From Acidobacteriota bacterium (lineage in GTDB: Bacteria; Acidobacteriota; Vicinamibacteria; Vicinamibacterales; UBA2999), in the NCBI GenBank assembly GCA_031392125.1, contig JANMUX010000110.1, positions 1 through 48,268 of the forward strand: 48,268 nucleotides of DNA. The letters are read 5' to 3'. Numbering within the stretch: position 1 is the stretch's first letter; each line of letters starts with the position of its first letter. This document shows, one piece after another, positions 9,525 to 19,110 of the stretch. Both the position numbers and the translations under genes were made by a program. Below the pieces are notes generated by a model that was given only the letters and a program-made list of their open reading frames with translations, was not told where the DNA came from and did no database searches.

Positions 9525-9613
9525 GTCCCTGGGGTGCCTACCGTGCGTAGGGGGCCTGAGGTGCAGACGCACTTTAGGCACAATACGCACTCTAGGCACC
9601 TTAGGCGCTTGTA
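9525..9613. repeat. Inverted pair of 9-mer tandem repeat arrays
   Basis: Left arm GTCCCTGGG GTGCCTACC GTGCGTAGG GGGCCTGAG GTGC; loop AGAC; right arm GCACTTTAG GCACAATAC GCACTCTAG GCACCTTAG GCGCTTGTA. Confidence 0.85.
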
Positions 9614-9619
9614 TATAAT
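9614..9619 (+). promoter_or_regulatory. -10 box for probable leaderless pyrH
   Basis: TATAAT 6 nt before the GTG at 9626; no Shine-Dalgarno. Confidence 0.6.
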
Positions 9620-9625
9620 CGCTGC

Positions 9626-10357
9626 GTGTCCGCCCCGTCCTCTGCCCCCCCACACTACAAACGAATCCTCCTCAAGCTGTCAGGCGAAGCCCTGATGGGC
9701 GATCAGAACTACGGCATCGACCCGGCGGTAGCCACCCGCATTGCGCAGGACATTGCCGAAATCCAGGCGCTGGGTGTCCAGACCGCGGTGGTGATCGGCG
9801 GCGGCAACATCTTCCGCGGCCTTGCAGCCAGCGCGCGTGGCATGGACCGCTCGACCGGCGATTACATGGGCATGCTCGCGACCGTGATCAACGCCCTGGC
9901 CTTGCAGGACGCGCTCGAGCACAACGGCGTTGCGACCCGGGTCCTGACCGCCATCGAAATGCGGGCGGTCGCCGAGCCGTTTATCCGGCGGCGCGCCGTC
10001 CGTCATCTGGAGAAGGGTCGCGTCGTGGTGTTCGCTGCAGGCACCGGCAATCCCTACTTCACGACCGACACGGCCGCGGCGCTGCGCGCGATGGAAATGA
10101 AGGCCGAGGTCATTCTCAAGGGGACCAAGGTCGACGGCATCTACACCGCCGATCCAATCAAGGACCCCAGCGCTACCCGCTACGACACGATCTCTTACCT
10201 GCAGGTGCTGCAGGCACGCCTCCAGGTCATGGACGCAACCGCGATCTCCCTGTGCATGGACAATAAGCTGCCGATCCTGGTCTTCAACCTCAAGACGCCG
10301 GGCAATATTCGCCGCGTCGTGATGGGCGAGACGATCGGCACCCTCGTCACGGCGTAG
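9626..10357 (+). CDS. pyrH: UMP kinase
   Basis: [39 protein letters not shown]. Confidence 0.98.
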   Translation: MSAPSSAPPHYKRILLKLSGEALMGDQNYGIDPAVATRIAQDIAEIQALGVQTAVVIGGGNIFRGLAASARGMDRSTGDYMGMLATVINALALQDALEHNGVATRVLTAIEMRAVAEPFIRRRAVRHLEKGRVVVFAAGTGNPYFTTDTAAALRAMEMKAEVILKGTKVDGIYTADPIKDPSATRYDTISYLQVLQARLQVMDATAISLCMDNKLPILVFNLKTPGNIRRVVMGETIGTLVTA

Positions 10358-10376
10358 TCAACAAGGTGTCGACATC

Positions 10377-10946
10377 ATGGATGTAAGTGACCTCAAAGGT
10401 CTGTTCGCCGAAGTGAAGAAGCGCATGGATGCGCACGTCGAGTTTGCCCGCAAGGAACTGGCGGGCGTGCGCACCGGCCGCGCCTCGACCTCGATGCTCG
10501 AGGGCGTGCAGGTGGAAGCCTACGGCTCGAGAATGCCCCTCAACCAAGTCGCTACCCTCTCGATCCCGGAGCCGGCGATGATCGTCGCGCAGCCGTTCGA
10601 TCCGTCGCTGATGCAGGCGCTCGAACGGGCGATTAGGCTATCGGACCTCGGCCTCAATCCCTCCTCCGACGGGAAGGTGCTGCGCATTCCCATTCCGTCG
10701 CTGACGGAGGAGCGTCGCAAGGAATTATCCCGGCACGTGCACAAGATGGCCGAGGAAGGCCGCAACCACGTGCGCGTCGTCCGGCGCGACGCCAACGACA
10801 AGCTGAAGAAGATGCTGAAGGATCACGAAATCTCGGAAGACGACGAGAAGCGTGCCCTGGACGAAGTGCAGAAGCTCACCGACCTGCACGTGAAGTCGAT
10901 CGACGAGCTGCAGGCCAAGAAAGACCAAGAGCTGCTTGGCAAGTAG
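10377..10946 (+). CDS. frr: Ribosome recycling factor
   Basis: RTGRA, LGLNP..DG, P.LTEERRKEL, ISEDD. Confidence 0.97.
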   Translation: MDVSDLKGLFAEVKKRMDAHVEFARKELAGVRTGRASTSMLEGVQVEAYGSRMPLNQVATLSIPEPAMIVAQPFDPSLMQALERAIRLSDLGLNPSSDGKVLRIPIPSLTEERRKELSRHVHKMAEEGRNHVRVVRRDANDKLKKMLKDHEISEDDEKRALDEVQKLTDLHVKSIDELQAKKDQELLGK

Positions 10947-12120
10947 CTACTTCACGCACCTGGAGTGTGGCAACGCGTGTGGGGCCGGACCGTTCGACCC
11001 ACGCGAACGACACTTCCTGTGCCCCTCTTGCGGGCTGCCCCTGCTGGCCCGCTACGACGTGAAGGCAGCGCGCGCGTGGACAAGAGAATCGCTCGCCGGC
11101 CGCGAGCCGAACATGTGGCGGTATCGCGAAATGCTGCCGTTACTACCGGGCGAGTCACCGGTCACCCTGGGCGAGGGCTTCACGCCCCTTCTGCCCGCGC
11201 AGCGCCTGGGCGGCACGCTCGGGCTCGATCGCCTGTTTATCAAGGACGAATCGCTGAACCCCACGCAGTCGTTCAAGGCACGCGGCCAGTCGGCCGCCAT
11301 CACGCGCGCCAAAGCGCTCGGCGCCACGACCATCAGCCTGCCCACCGCCGGCAACGCCGGCAACGCAGCCGCGGCGTATTCGGCGGCAGCGGGCCTCAAG
11401 TGCGAGGTGTTCATCCCCAAAGACGCCAAGCAGCCGTTTATCGACGAGTGCCGGCTCTACGGCGCCAACGTCACGCTGGTTGACGGGCTGATTACCGACG
11501 CCGGTAAGTTGGCGGCGTCAACTGGCAAGCCGCTCGGCTGGTACGACGTATCCACCATGAAGGAGCCGTACCGGGTCGAAGGCAAGAAGACGATGGGTTA
11601 CGAGTTGGCCGAGCAGTTCGGTTGGACGCTTCCCGACTGGATCATCTATCCCACCGGCGGCGGCACCGGCTTGGTTGGCATGTGGAAGGCCTTCGCAGAG
11701 ATGGAAGCCATCGGCTGGCTCAGCGGCGGTCGACGGCCAAAGATGGTGTCGGTGCAAGCCGAGGGCTGCGCCCCGATTGTTCGCGCTTTCGAGAAGGGCC
11801 TCGAAAAAGCGGAACCATGGGAGCACGCACACACCGCCGCTGACGGCCTGCGGGTGCCCCGCGCGATCGGCGATTTTCTGATTCTACGCGCCATCCGCGA
11901 GAGCGGCGGCACCGCGCTGGCAGTGTCCGACGCTTCAATGGTGCGAGACATGTTGACCCTCGGCCGCGACGAGGGTGTCTCGGCGGCGCCGGAGGGCGGC
12001 GCTGCGCTGAGCGCGATTCGAGTCCTGGTCGCGGACGGCCGCATCAAATCGCACGAAACGGTTGTGCTGTTCAACACCGGCGGCGCGTTGAAGTACCTCG
12101 ACATGGTGCACCAGGCCTGA
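10936..12120 (+). CDS. thrC: Threonine synthase-family PLP enzyme
   Basis: N-terminal Cys cluster, MWRY, TLGEGFTPL, NPTQSFKARG (PLP lysine), GKKTMG.E, PTGGG.G. Confidence 0.8.
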   Translation: MASSYFTHLECGNACGAGPFDPRERHFLCPSCGLPLLARYDVKAARAWTRESLAGREPNMWRYREMLPLLPGESPVTLGEGFTPLLPAQRLGGTLGLDRLFIKDESLNPTQSFKARGQSAAITRAKALGATTISLPTAGNAGNAAAAYSAAAGLKCEVFIPKDAKQPFIDECRLYGANVTLVDGLITDAGKLAASTGKPLGWYDVSTMKEPYRVEGKKTMGYELAEQFGWTLPDWIIYPTGGGTGLVGMWKAFAEMEAIGWLSGGRRPKMVSVQAEGCAPIVRAFEKGLEKAEPWEHAHTAADGLRVPRAIGDFLILRAIRESGGTALAVSDASMVRDMLTLGRDEGVSAAPEGGAALSAIRVLVADGRIKSHETVVLFNTGGALKYLDMVHQA

Positions 12121-12151
12121 AGACCCGGCGCGCCAACCCCCCTCGCACCAG

Positions 12152-13234
12152 CTAATCGCCGAGCGAAACTCCCAGGGCCCGGGCCGTCTTCAAAAGGTCG
12201 TAATCGAGCGGCACGGTCTTGGTGCGGCCAACGATGTCGCCCAGTGGAACCGGGACGATGTCGGGCGGATTGTTCGCAACCATCTTGCCAAACACACCTC
12301 GCTGCAATAGCTCCACGGCGGCGCCGCCGAAGCGGGTAGCCAGCACGCGGTCGAATGCGGTCGGCCCGCCGCCACGCTGCAGGTGGCCAAGCACCACACA
12401 ACGAGCCTCCTTACCTGTCATCTCTTCGAGCTGCGCCGCGACCGTGATGCCGACACCACCCAGCCGTTCAACATAGCCGGCACGTGCGGCCTCGCGCACC
12501 GTGAAGCTGCCGCCAACCGGCTTGGCGCCCTCGGCGACCACCACGATGCTGAACTTCGCGCCGAACGATTCGCGCTTGCGAATCGCGGCCGCAACCTTTT
12601 CAGCATCGTACGGAATCTCAGGGATCAGGATGACGTCGGCACCGCCGGCCACGCCGCTGTGCAGGGCGATCCAACCGGCGTAGCGACCCATCACCTCGAC
12701 GACGATGATGCGCTTGTGTGCTTCCGCAGTGGTATGCAGGCGATCGATGGACTCGGCGGCGAAGTCCACGGCGGTGTCGAAACCGAAACAACTGGTGGTG
12801 CCGACAATGTCGTTGTCGATGGTCTTGGGCACACCGACAATCGGGATGCCCTTCAAGTGGAACTGGTGGGCGATGCTGAGCGAGCCGTCCCCCCCAATCA
12901 CGACCAGCGCGTGCAGGCCCATCTTGTGAAAGGTGTCGACCACTTTGTCTGAGTAGTCGACCTTGCCTTCGGGTGTGTCAACCGGGTACTCAAACGGATT
13001 GCCGTGGTTGGTCGTGCCCAGGATGGTACCGCCCAGTCGCAGAATGCCCGTGACGTCTTTCGGCGTGAGCACGCGCGTGCGCGATGGGTCGAGCAGGCCG
13101 TCGAAGCTGTCTTCGAGACCGACAACTTCGATACCGGCGTTGTGCGCGGCTTTCACCACCGCACGAATGACGGCGTTAAGGCCCGGAGCGTCGCCGCCGC
13201 CGGTGAGAACGCCGATTTTCTTGACCTGAGGCAA
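12152..13234 (-). CDS. pfkA: 6-phosphofructokinase (group III / mixed-substrate type)
   Basis: LTGGGDAPGLN, GGTILGT, IGGDGS, PKTIDND, EVMGR.AG, LGHLQRGG. Confidence 0.95.
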   Translation of the reverse strand: MPQVKKIGVLTGGGDAPGLNAVIRAVVKAAHNAGIEVVGLEDSFDGLLDPSRTRVLTPKDVTGILRLGGTILGTTNHGNPFEYPVDTPEGKVDYSDKVVDTFHKMGLHALVVIGGDGSLSIAHQFHLKGIPIVGVPKTIDNDIVGTTSCFGFDTAVDFAAESIDRLHTTAEAHKRIIVVEVMGRYAGWIALHSGVAGGADVILIPEIPYDAEKVAAAIRKRESFGAKFSIVVVAEGAKPVGGSFTVREAARAGYVERLGGVGITVAAQLEEMTGKEARCVVLGHLQRGGGPTAFDRVLATRFGGAAVELLQRGVFGKMVANNPPDIVPVPLGDIVGRTKTVPLDYDLLKTARALGVSLGD

Positions 13235-13292
13235 CTTAGTAGTCCTTCTTTTCCTGCGTTTTTTGCTATTATTGTCCAGTTATTGACCTAAA

Positions 13293-13368
13293 GGGCGGCT
13301 AGCTCAGCTGGGAGAGCGCAGCGTTCGCAACGCTGAGGTCGCGAGTTCGATCCTCGCGCCGTCCACCA
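13293..13368 (+). tRNA. tRNA-Ala (anticodon CGC)
   Basis: 76-nt cloverleaf: acceptor GGGCGGC/GCCGTCC with G3:U70, anticodon arm CAGCG-TTCGCAA-CGCTG, GTTCGAT T-loop, encoded CCA. Confidence 0.97.
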
Positions 13369-13439
13369 ACCTTCACTCTGGATCTGGCGAAGGCTGCCAT
13401 CCAAAGCAACTTCCCCGCTCCCTCACGAGTCCTAATACT

Positions 13440-14114
13440 ATGGGTACCGTGAGGTTTCTTCTCTTATCTCTCGCACTGGTGGCCAGCGCAGCCGCTCCGG
13501 GCGCGCAAGCCCCACAGGATCCCACAGCACTGGCCGCGAAGGTGCAACAGCGGTACAACGCCATCAAAGATTTCCAGGGTGACTTCGTCCAGACCTACGA
13601 AGGCGGCGTGCTCCGTACCAAAACGACGGAACGCGGCACCGTGGCCATCAAGCGGCCGGGCCGGATGCGGTTCACTTACACGAAGCCTGAGCGCAAGGAG
13701 TTCGTCTCAAACGGCACTCGCCTCTACACGCACCTCGTGGCCGACAAACAGGTGATCGTGAGTCCCGCGCCCGACCCAGCCGATGGCAGCATCCCCGCCC
13801 TGTTTCTGGCCGGACAGTCGGATCTCGCGCGCGACTACGTCGCGACCTTCACAGCCTTGCCCGGGGCTGCCGCCGGCCTGCTCACCCTGCAGCTCGTGCC
13901 GCGGAAGCCGCACGCCGACTACGATTCCCTGGGCATCGGAATCGACCCCAAATCCCTGCAAATCCAGTTCTTGACCGCCCTCGACAAACAGGGCGGTCGC
14001 TCGTCGTTTGCCTTCAGCAACCTGAAGGAGAACCGCGGTCTGACCGATAAAGATTTTGAATTTCGCATTCCACGTGGCGTGGATGTGGTGACCAATGGCA
14101 CACGTTCGCAGTAA
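13440..14114 (+). CDS. lolA: Outer-membrane lipoprotein carrier protein LolA
   Basis: Signal peptide, F.GDFVQ, G.V.IKRPGRMR..Y..P, F.F.IP.GVDV. The true start may be GTG at 13449, 7 nt after TACTAT. Confidence 0.9.
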   Translation: MGTVRFLLLSLALVASAAAPGAQAPQDPTALAAKVQQRYNAIKDFQGDFVQTYEGGVLRTKTTERGTVAIKRPGRMRFTYTKPERKEFVSNGTRLYTHLVADKQVIVSPAPDPADGSIPALFLAGQSDLARDYVATFTALPGAAAGLLTLQLVPRKPHADYDSLGIGIDPKSLQIQFLTALDKQGGRSSFAFSNLKENRGLTDKDFEFRIPRGVDVVTNGTRSQ

Positions 14115-15966
14115 CCCGCTCGGCCGTCTGGCTGGTGTCGTCCTCCTCCTGGGAGTGGCACTGACGCTGGGCTCGTGTGCGAGCACGGGTTCGATCCGCG
14201 CGGCGCGCAGCGCCGAAGGAACCCAGAATTACGACATCGCCGTCGCCGAGTACACGAAGCTCCTGCGCGACAATCCCAATAACCGCGAGGCCCTTCAGGG
14301 CCTCGAGCGCGCCAAGCTTCGTGCCGCACAGGACCATTTCAGCAAGGCTCGCCGTCTCTCTGCGACCGGTAACCTCGAAGAGGCCCTGGTCGAGTTTCAG
14401 CTCGCGTCCGAGCTCAATCCTGGCAACAGTGATGTCGACCACGAGTTGCAGCAGACGCGCACGCAGTTGCGCGCCAAGGTGGCAGTTCGCGAAGACGGCA
14501 AGACGCGTCTCGAGTCGTTGATTGCCCAGAGCCTGGACAATCCACTGCCAGGGGCGGCCCTGCCGACCGGCGCCAAGCTGCCCGACACCCTGGTGTTCCG
14601 CGATGCCGGCTCCAGGGACGTGTATGCCGCGATCGGCAAGTTCACCGACCTGAGCGTGCTGTTCGACCCGACCTTCCGCGACCAGCCCGTGTCGGTCGAT
14701 CTCCGCGGCCTGTCGCTCGCCGAAGCGCTCGCCTCGCTCTCGACGGCGACGCGCAACTTCTGGCGCGCGACCTCGCCCAATAGCATCACCATCGTCCCCG
14801 ACACGGCCGCCAAGCGGCGCGAGTACGAGGAAGAGATCGTCCGCACCTTTTACCTGAGCAACGCCGATCTCAAGGAAACCATCGACATGCTGCGCATCGT
14901 CGTTGATGCCCGCCGGCTGTCGGCAATCACCGCAACCAACGCCATCACGATCAAGGACACCCCGGAGCGAATTACCGCCGCCGGCAAGATCATCACCGCC
15001 ATCGACAAGGCGCGGCCCGAGGTGATCATCGACGTCGAACTGCTGGAAGTGAACCGCACTCACCTGCACGAGTACGGCCTGCAGCTGGCATCGCCGACCT
15101 CGTCGGCCACCGGGCCGACCGGACTGAATGGCCAGGCCACGATCAGCAAGGAGGGCCTGTCCTTGCGAACCCTGACCAGCCTCACCTCGGCGGACGTGCT
15201 GCTCACTAACTTGCCGTCGCTGTACTACCGGCTGCTGAAGAACGACAGCGCGACGCGCATTCTCGCCAATCCGCAGTTGCGAACCTCGGAAGGCATTCCC
15301 GCGCAGGCGCGCTTCGGCGAACGGGTTCCCGTGCCGGTAACCACCTTCGCGCCAATCGCGGCCGGCGGTGTGCAAACCCAGCCCATCACCTCGTTCAACT
15401 ACGAGCCCATTGGCGTGAACATCGACATCACCCCGCGGATGCACCACGATAACGCGGTCACACTGGCGCTGAAGGTTGAGTTGAGCAGCATTTCGGGTTC
15501 AGGGTTCGGCGGCCTGCCCACGTTCGGCAGCCGCTCGATCAACACCGTGATTCGCCTGAAGGATGGCGAAACGAACATGCTGGCCGGGCTGATCCGCGAC
15601 GAGGAACGCACGTCGCTGGCGAGCATTCCCGGGCTGGGCGACATTCCGGTGATAGGCCGCCTGTTCGGCTATAACCGCCGGGAGACGCAGGAAACCGACA
15701 TCATCCTGACGCTGACGCCGCGCATCGTGCGGGTGCTGAACCTGACCGCTGAAGACCTGCAGCCGTTCCGCATGGGCCGCGACGGCGGTGCGCCCATAAC
15801 CGACATTGCGCCGCTGCCGATACCGCTGCCGCAGCCCCAGCGCCCCCCTGGCGGCGACGAGGCGGGCAGCGTGCCGGGCCTGTCTCCGGCTGCTCCGATC
15901 ACAAACAGCCCAGCGTTGCCAGTGAGGACGCCTCCGCCTGCACCGGTCAAGCCTCCGAAAGGCTAG
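14095..15966 (+). CDS. Secretin (GspD/PulD family) with lipoprotein signal and N-terminal TPRs
   Basis: Lipobox LGSC, TPR region, RTFYLSNAD, EVIIDVELLEV, ILANPQLR, GDIPVIGRLF, IILTLTPRIVR, Pro-rich tail. Confidence 0.9.
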   Translation: MAHVRSNPLGRLAGVVLLLGVALTLGSCASTGSIRAARSAEGTQNYDIAVAEYTKLLRDNPNNREALQGLERAKLRAAQDHFSKARRLSATGNLEEALVEFQLASELNPGNSDVDHELQQTRTQLRAKVAVREDGKTRLESLIAQSLDNPLPGAALPTGAKLPDTLVFRDAGSRDVYAAIGKFTDLSVLFDPTFRDQPVSVDLRGLSLAEALASLSTATRNFWRATSPNSITIVPDTAAKRREYEEEIVRTFYLSNADLKETIDMLRIVVDARRLSAITATNAITIKDTPERITAAGKIITAIDKARPEVIIDVELLEVNRTHLHEYGLQLASPTSSATGPTGLNGQATISKEGLSLRTLTSLTSADVLLTNLPSLYYRLLKNDSATRILANPQLRTSEGIPAQARFGERVPVPVTTFAPIAAGGVQTQPITSFNYEPIGVNIDITPRMHHDNAVTLALKVELSSISGSGFGGLPTFGSRSINTVIRLKDGETNMLAGLIRDEERTSLASIPGLGDIPVIGRLFGYNRRETQETDIILTLTPRIVRVLNLTAEDLQPFRMGRDGGAPITDIAPLPIPLPQPQRPPGGDEAGSVPGLSPAAPITNSPALPVRTPPPAPVKPPKG

Positions 15967-17220
15967 TCAGACCCGCGCGACCGACGCGCCCAGCTTCTGC
16001 AAGCGCTCCACCAGTCGGCTGTAACCGCGCTCGACCGTCTCGAGTGGCTCAACCCTGCTCTGCCCGTCGGCGGCAAGGGCGGCGGCGATCAGCGCCATGC
16101 CCGAGCGAATGTCACGGCTGTCGAGGCTTTTCCCGCGCAGCTTGCGCGGACCGGTCACGATGATGCGGTGTGGATCGCACAGGAAGAGATCCGCGCCCAT
16201 GCCGCTCATCTGCTCCAACGCAAACAAACGCAGTTCGTAAAGCCAATCGTGCACAAGCGTGGCGCCTTCGGCTTGCGTCGCCAGCACCGTAACCAGGCTC
16301 ACGAGATCGCTCGGGAAACTCGGCCACAGGCCGGTCGTAATGCGCCCGGCGCCGATCAGCTTCTTTGATTCCACCCGAAAGACGTCGCCGTCCTGCACGC
16401 ACTGCACGTTCATCTTGGTGAGTACAGCCGCAACCACTTCCATGTCCACCGGTCTCGTACCACCGACTTCGACGTGGCCACCGGTGATCGCCCCGGTCAC
16501 CGCCCAACTACCGGCTTCGATGTAGTCGCCGTAGAGGGTTCTCTCGGCTCCGGCGCGCTTGCCGATGCCTTCAACCCGAATAGTGTGCGAGCCTTCACCG
16601 CTCACGCCGACGCCCATGGCGCGCAGGAATTCGCAAAGCTCGACTACGTGCGGCTCGCAGGCGGCATGACGGAGCTCGGACACACCGATCGCGGCCGCAG
16701 CCGCGAGCAGCGCGGTTTCCGTGCCGGTCACCGACGCCTCGTCCAAGTAGATCGACGCGGGTTTCAGCCCGTCCGGGCACTCCAGCCGATGGCCGGCGCC
16801 AGGGACGACGCGGGCACCCATGGCGATCAACGCCTCGAGATGGGTCTTGATGGTTCGTCGCGCGGGAAAATCGCCCCCGGGTGGCGCGACAATCGCCCGT
16901 CCGCGCCGGGCGAGCAGCGGCCCGAGCAGCAGCACCGAACCCCGCAAGCGGCCGACCAGGCCGCTGTCGGGCTCGTCCTTGGTCACCTCGGCGCACCGAA
17001 TGCGCAGCGTCGTGCTGCCGATGCCCTCAACCTCGGCGCCCACATCGAGCAGCAACCGGGCCATGACCTCGACATCGGCGATGCGAGGCATGTTGCGCAG
17101 CGTGCACCATTCGCTGGTCAACAGGCACGCCGCCATCACTGGCAGCGCGGCGTTCTTGTTGCCCTCGACGTCGATGCGGCCCTCGATCCGGTGGCCGCCT
17201 TCAATTACCAATGTGGACAT
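15967..17220 (-). CDS. murA: UDP-N-acetylglucosamine 1-carboxyvinyltransferase
   Basis: GNKNAALP, LRGS.LLLGPLLAR, SVTGTE, EPHV, D.IEAG, FPSD, DIRSG, RGY. Confidence 0.95.
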   Translation of the reverse strand: MSTLVIEGGHRIEGRIDVEGNKNAALPVMAACLLTSEWCTLRNMPRIADVEVMARLLLDVGAEVEGIGSTTLRIRCAEVTKDEPDSGLVGRLRGSVLLLGPLLARRGRAIVAPPGGDFPARRTIKTHLEALIAMGARVVPGAGHRLECPDGLKPASIYLDEASVTGTETALLAAAAAIGVSELRHAACEPHVVELCEFLRAMGVGVSGEGSHTIRVEGIGKRAGAERTLYGDYIEAGSWAVTGAITGGHVEVGGTRPVDMEVVAAVLTKMNVQCVQDGDVFRVESKKLIGAGRITTGLWPSFPSDLVSLVTVLATQAEGATLVHDWLYELRLFALEQMSGMGADLFLCDPHRIIVTGPRKLRGKSLDSRDIRSGMALIAAALAADGQSRVEPLETVERGYSRLVERLQKLGASVARV

Positions 17221-17224
17221 GGGT

Positions 17225-18163
17225 TCAGAATCTTCCTAGGCAGATAATCTCATCTTGCAGGGTCACGCCGAAACGTTCTTTCACCGCCGATCGGCATTGC
17301 TCGATCAGCGTCTTGATGTCGGCAGCAGTTGCGGTGCCATCGTTGACCACGAAATTCGCGTGCGTGGGCGACACGCGGGCGCCACCAAACGCGGCGCCCT
17401 TCAACCCTGCGCGATCGACCAGTGCGCCGGCCGATGGCGGAATGCCTTCGGGCAAGCGGTCCCTTGCTGGGTCGGGATTCATGAAAATGCAGCCGGCGCT
17501 CGGCGATTCCAGCGGCTGGGTCGTCTTGCGAAACGCGAGCGACTCGCGCGCGACCAGGCGCAAGGCGGCGGGATCTCCCCCGGCTGTCACGCGAAAGGCG
17601 ACCCACAACGCCACCTCGCCGGTTCGCTTTAACCGGCTGTAGTCGTAGGCGAATTCCATGCGATCAGCCGGCACCTGTAGCAACGTGCCATCTGGCTTGA
17701 CCAGGCGCACGCTGTCGATGAGGTCGCCGATGTTGGTCTTCTTCCAGTGCGCGTTGCCGAAGACCGCGCCGCCCACCGTCCCCGGCGTGCCGGCCCACGC
17801 CTCGAGCCCAGCGTAGCCACGATTGATCGTCCAGCGTACCAGGCCGTTGATAGTCATGGCGGCATCGGCGCGCACCAGTCGGTCGCCGACGGCGTTCACC
17901 AGGCCGCCTCGCGGCCGAATTACCAGGCCGCGAATGCCGGCATCAGAGACGAGCACGTTCGAGCCGCCGCCCAGCAAGGTGACCGGCTGCCCCGCCGTTC
18001 TCGCGACCGCCAACGCCCGCAGGATCTCATCGGCATTCACGGGCTCGAACAGCACGTCGGCCGGCCCGCCCACCTTGAACGTCGTGAGTGGCGCGAGAAC
18101 CGCATCGACCTTGATGCGGTCAGCGCCAAAGGTATCGGCCATCGCGGCTATCAGCTGGTTCAC
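17225..18163 (-). CDS. murB: UDP-N-acetylenolpyruvoylglucosamine reductase
   Basis: TTFKVGGPA, LGGGSNVLVSD, GLE..AG.PGTVGGA, QP...PSAGCIF.NP, VS..HANF; GTG start overlaps the pxpC stop. Confidence 0.95.
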   Translation of the reverse strand: MNQLIAAMADTFGADRIKVDAVLAPLTTFKVGGPADVLFEPVNADEILRALAVARTAGQPVTLLGGGSNVLVSDAGIRGLVIRPRGGLVNAVGDRLVRADAAMTINGLVRWTINRGYAGLEAWAGTPGTVGGAVFGNAHWKKTNIGDLIDSVRLVKPDGTLLQVPADRMEFAYDYSRLKRTGEVALWVAFRVTAGGDPAALRLVARESLAFRKTTQPLESPSAGCIFMNPDPARDRLPEGIPPSAGALVDRAGLKGAAFGGARVSPTHANFVVNDGTATAADIKTLIEQCRSAVKERFGVTLQDEIICLGRF

Positions 18164-19110
18164 GAGGCGTCCTTCAGGTCGGCGTAGCGTAGCAGCTGCC
18201 GTTCGCGCGCAATCAGCGCCGCGACGGCCTCTTGCCGCGAGCACAGGATGAACTCGATGAAGTCGCCAGGCGCCAGCTGGCCGGCGGTTGGCAGGTCGGC
18301 TGAAATCACGTGACCAATCTTCGGATATCCGCCGGCGGTCTGCCGGTCGGCCATCAGCAGGATTGGTTCCCCAGCACCTGGAACTTGAATGGCGCCCATG
18401 CCAACTGGCTCGGAGATCAGCTCGCCCTCTCGCAAGCGTTCCAACGGGGGACCTTCCAGCCGATAGCCCATGCGATTGGAGCGCGGTGAAATACGAAAGC
18501 TGACACCCGCGACGGTCTTGAGCGCCCCCGCATGGAACCAGTCGTCCTGGGGCCCTGGCACGACCCGCAGCCGTGCCCGGTGGCCGGTAGGCAGCGTGAG
18601 CCCGGCCGCCTTGCGTGGCAACCGCGGAACCGGACACGCCAGCACAGGGACGCGGTCGCCAGGCATCAAGGCTCGACCGTCCACTCCCCCCATGCCGCTT
18701 ACCAAGTGTGTCGCGCGGCTTCCGAGCACGCTGGCGGTGAGGACACCGCCGGCGACGCCGACGTAAGCGCGCGCACCCTGGATGAGTCGGCCGAACTTCA
18801 GGCGCTGGCCGCGTCGCACCGCGAACGATTCCCCAAGGGGCACCGGGCGCCCCTCGCAAGTCACATCGAATACCGCTCCCACGATTGCGACGGTGGTCTC
18901 GGCGTCGATCAGAATCTCCGGACCGATCAGGGTGACCTCGAGGGTGGCGGCACCGGCGTCATTTCCGACCAGCAGGTTCGCCAAACGATGCGAGAAGGTG
19001 TCCATAGGACCCGCCACCGGCACACCCAAAGCCTGGTGGCCGTAGCGCCCCAGGTCCTGAACGGAAGTCAGCAGACCGGGCCTTACGACTTCGAGCGCGC
19101 CCAGATTCAT
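18160..19110 (-). CDS. pxpC: 5-oxoprolinase subunit C / allophanate hydrolase subunit 2 (KipA family)
   Basis: PGLLTSVQDLGR.G, G.MD, ANLLVGN, SNRMGYRL, G.IQVP..G.PI.LMADRQT.GGYPKI. Confidence 0.9.
   Translation of the reverse strand: MNLGALEVVRPGLLTSVQDLGRYGHQALGVPVAGPMDTFSHRLANLLVGNDAGAATLEVTLIGPEILIDAETTVAIVGAVFDVTCEGRPVPLGESFAVRRGQRLKFGRLIQGARAYVGVAGGVLTASVLGSRATHLVSGMGGVDGRALMPGDRVPVLACPVPRLPRKAAGLTLPTGHRARLRVVPGPQDDWFHAGALKTVAGVSFRISPRSNRMGYRLEGPPLERLREGELISEPVGMGAIQVPGAGEPILLMADRQTAGGYPKIGHVISADLPTAGQLAPGDFIEFILCSRQEAVAALIARERQLLRYADLKDAS

Noticed and set aside
8820-9613. Repeat arrays as a CRISPR or as a composite transposon carrying tsf
   Set aside because: Units are 8-9 nt with no spacers, the two arrays are different families, and tsf sits in its normal rpsB-pyrH position.
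13293-13440. tRNA-Ala as an integration site; GGCGAAGGCTGCC downstream as a repeat remnant
   Set aside because: No integrase or duplicated tRNA 3' end seen; the short motif has no second copy that I could find.
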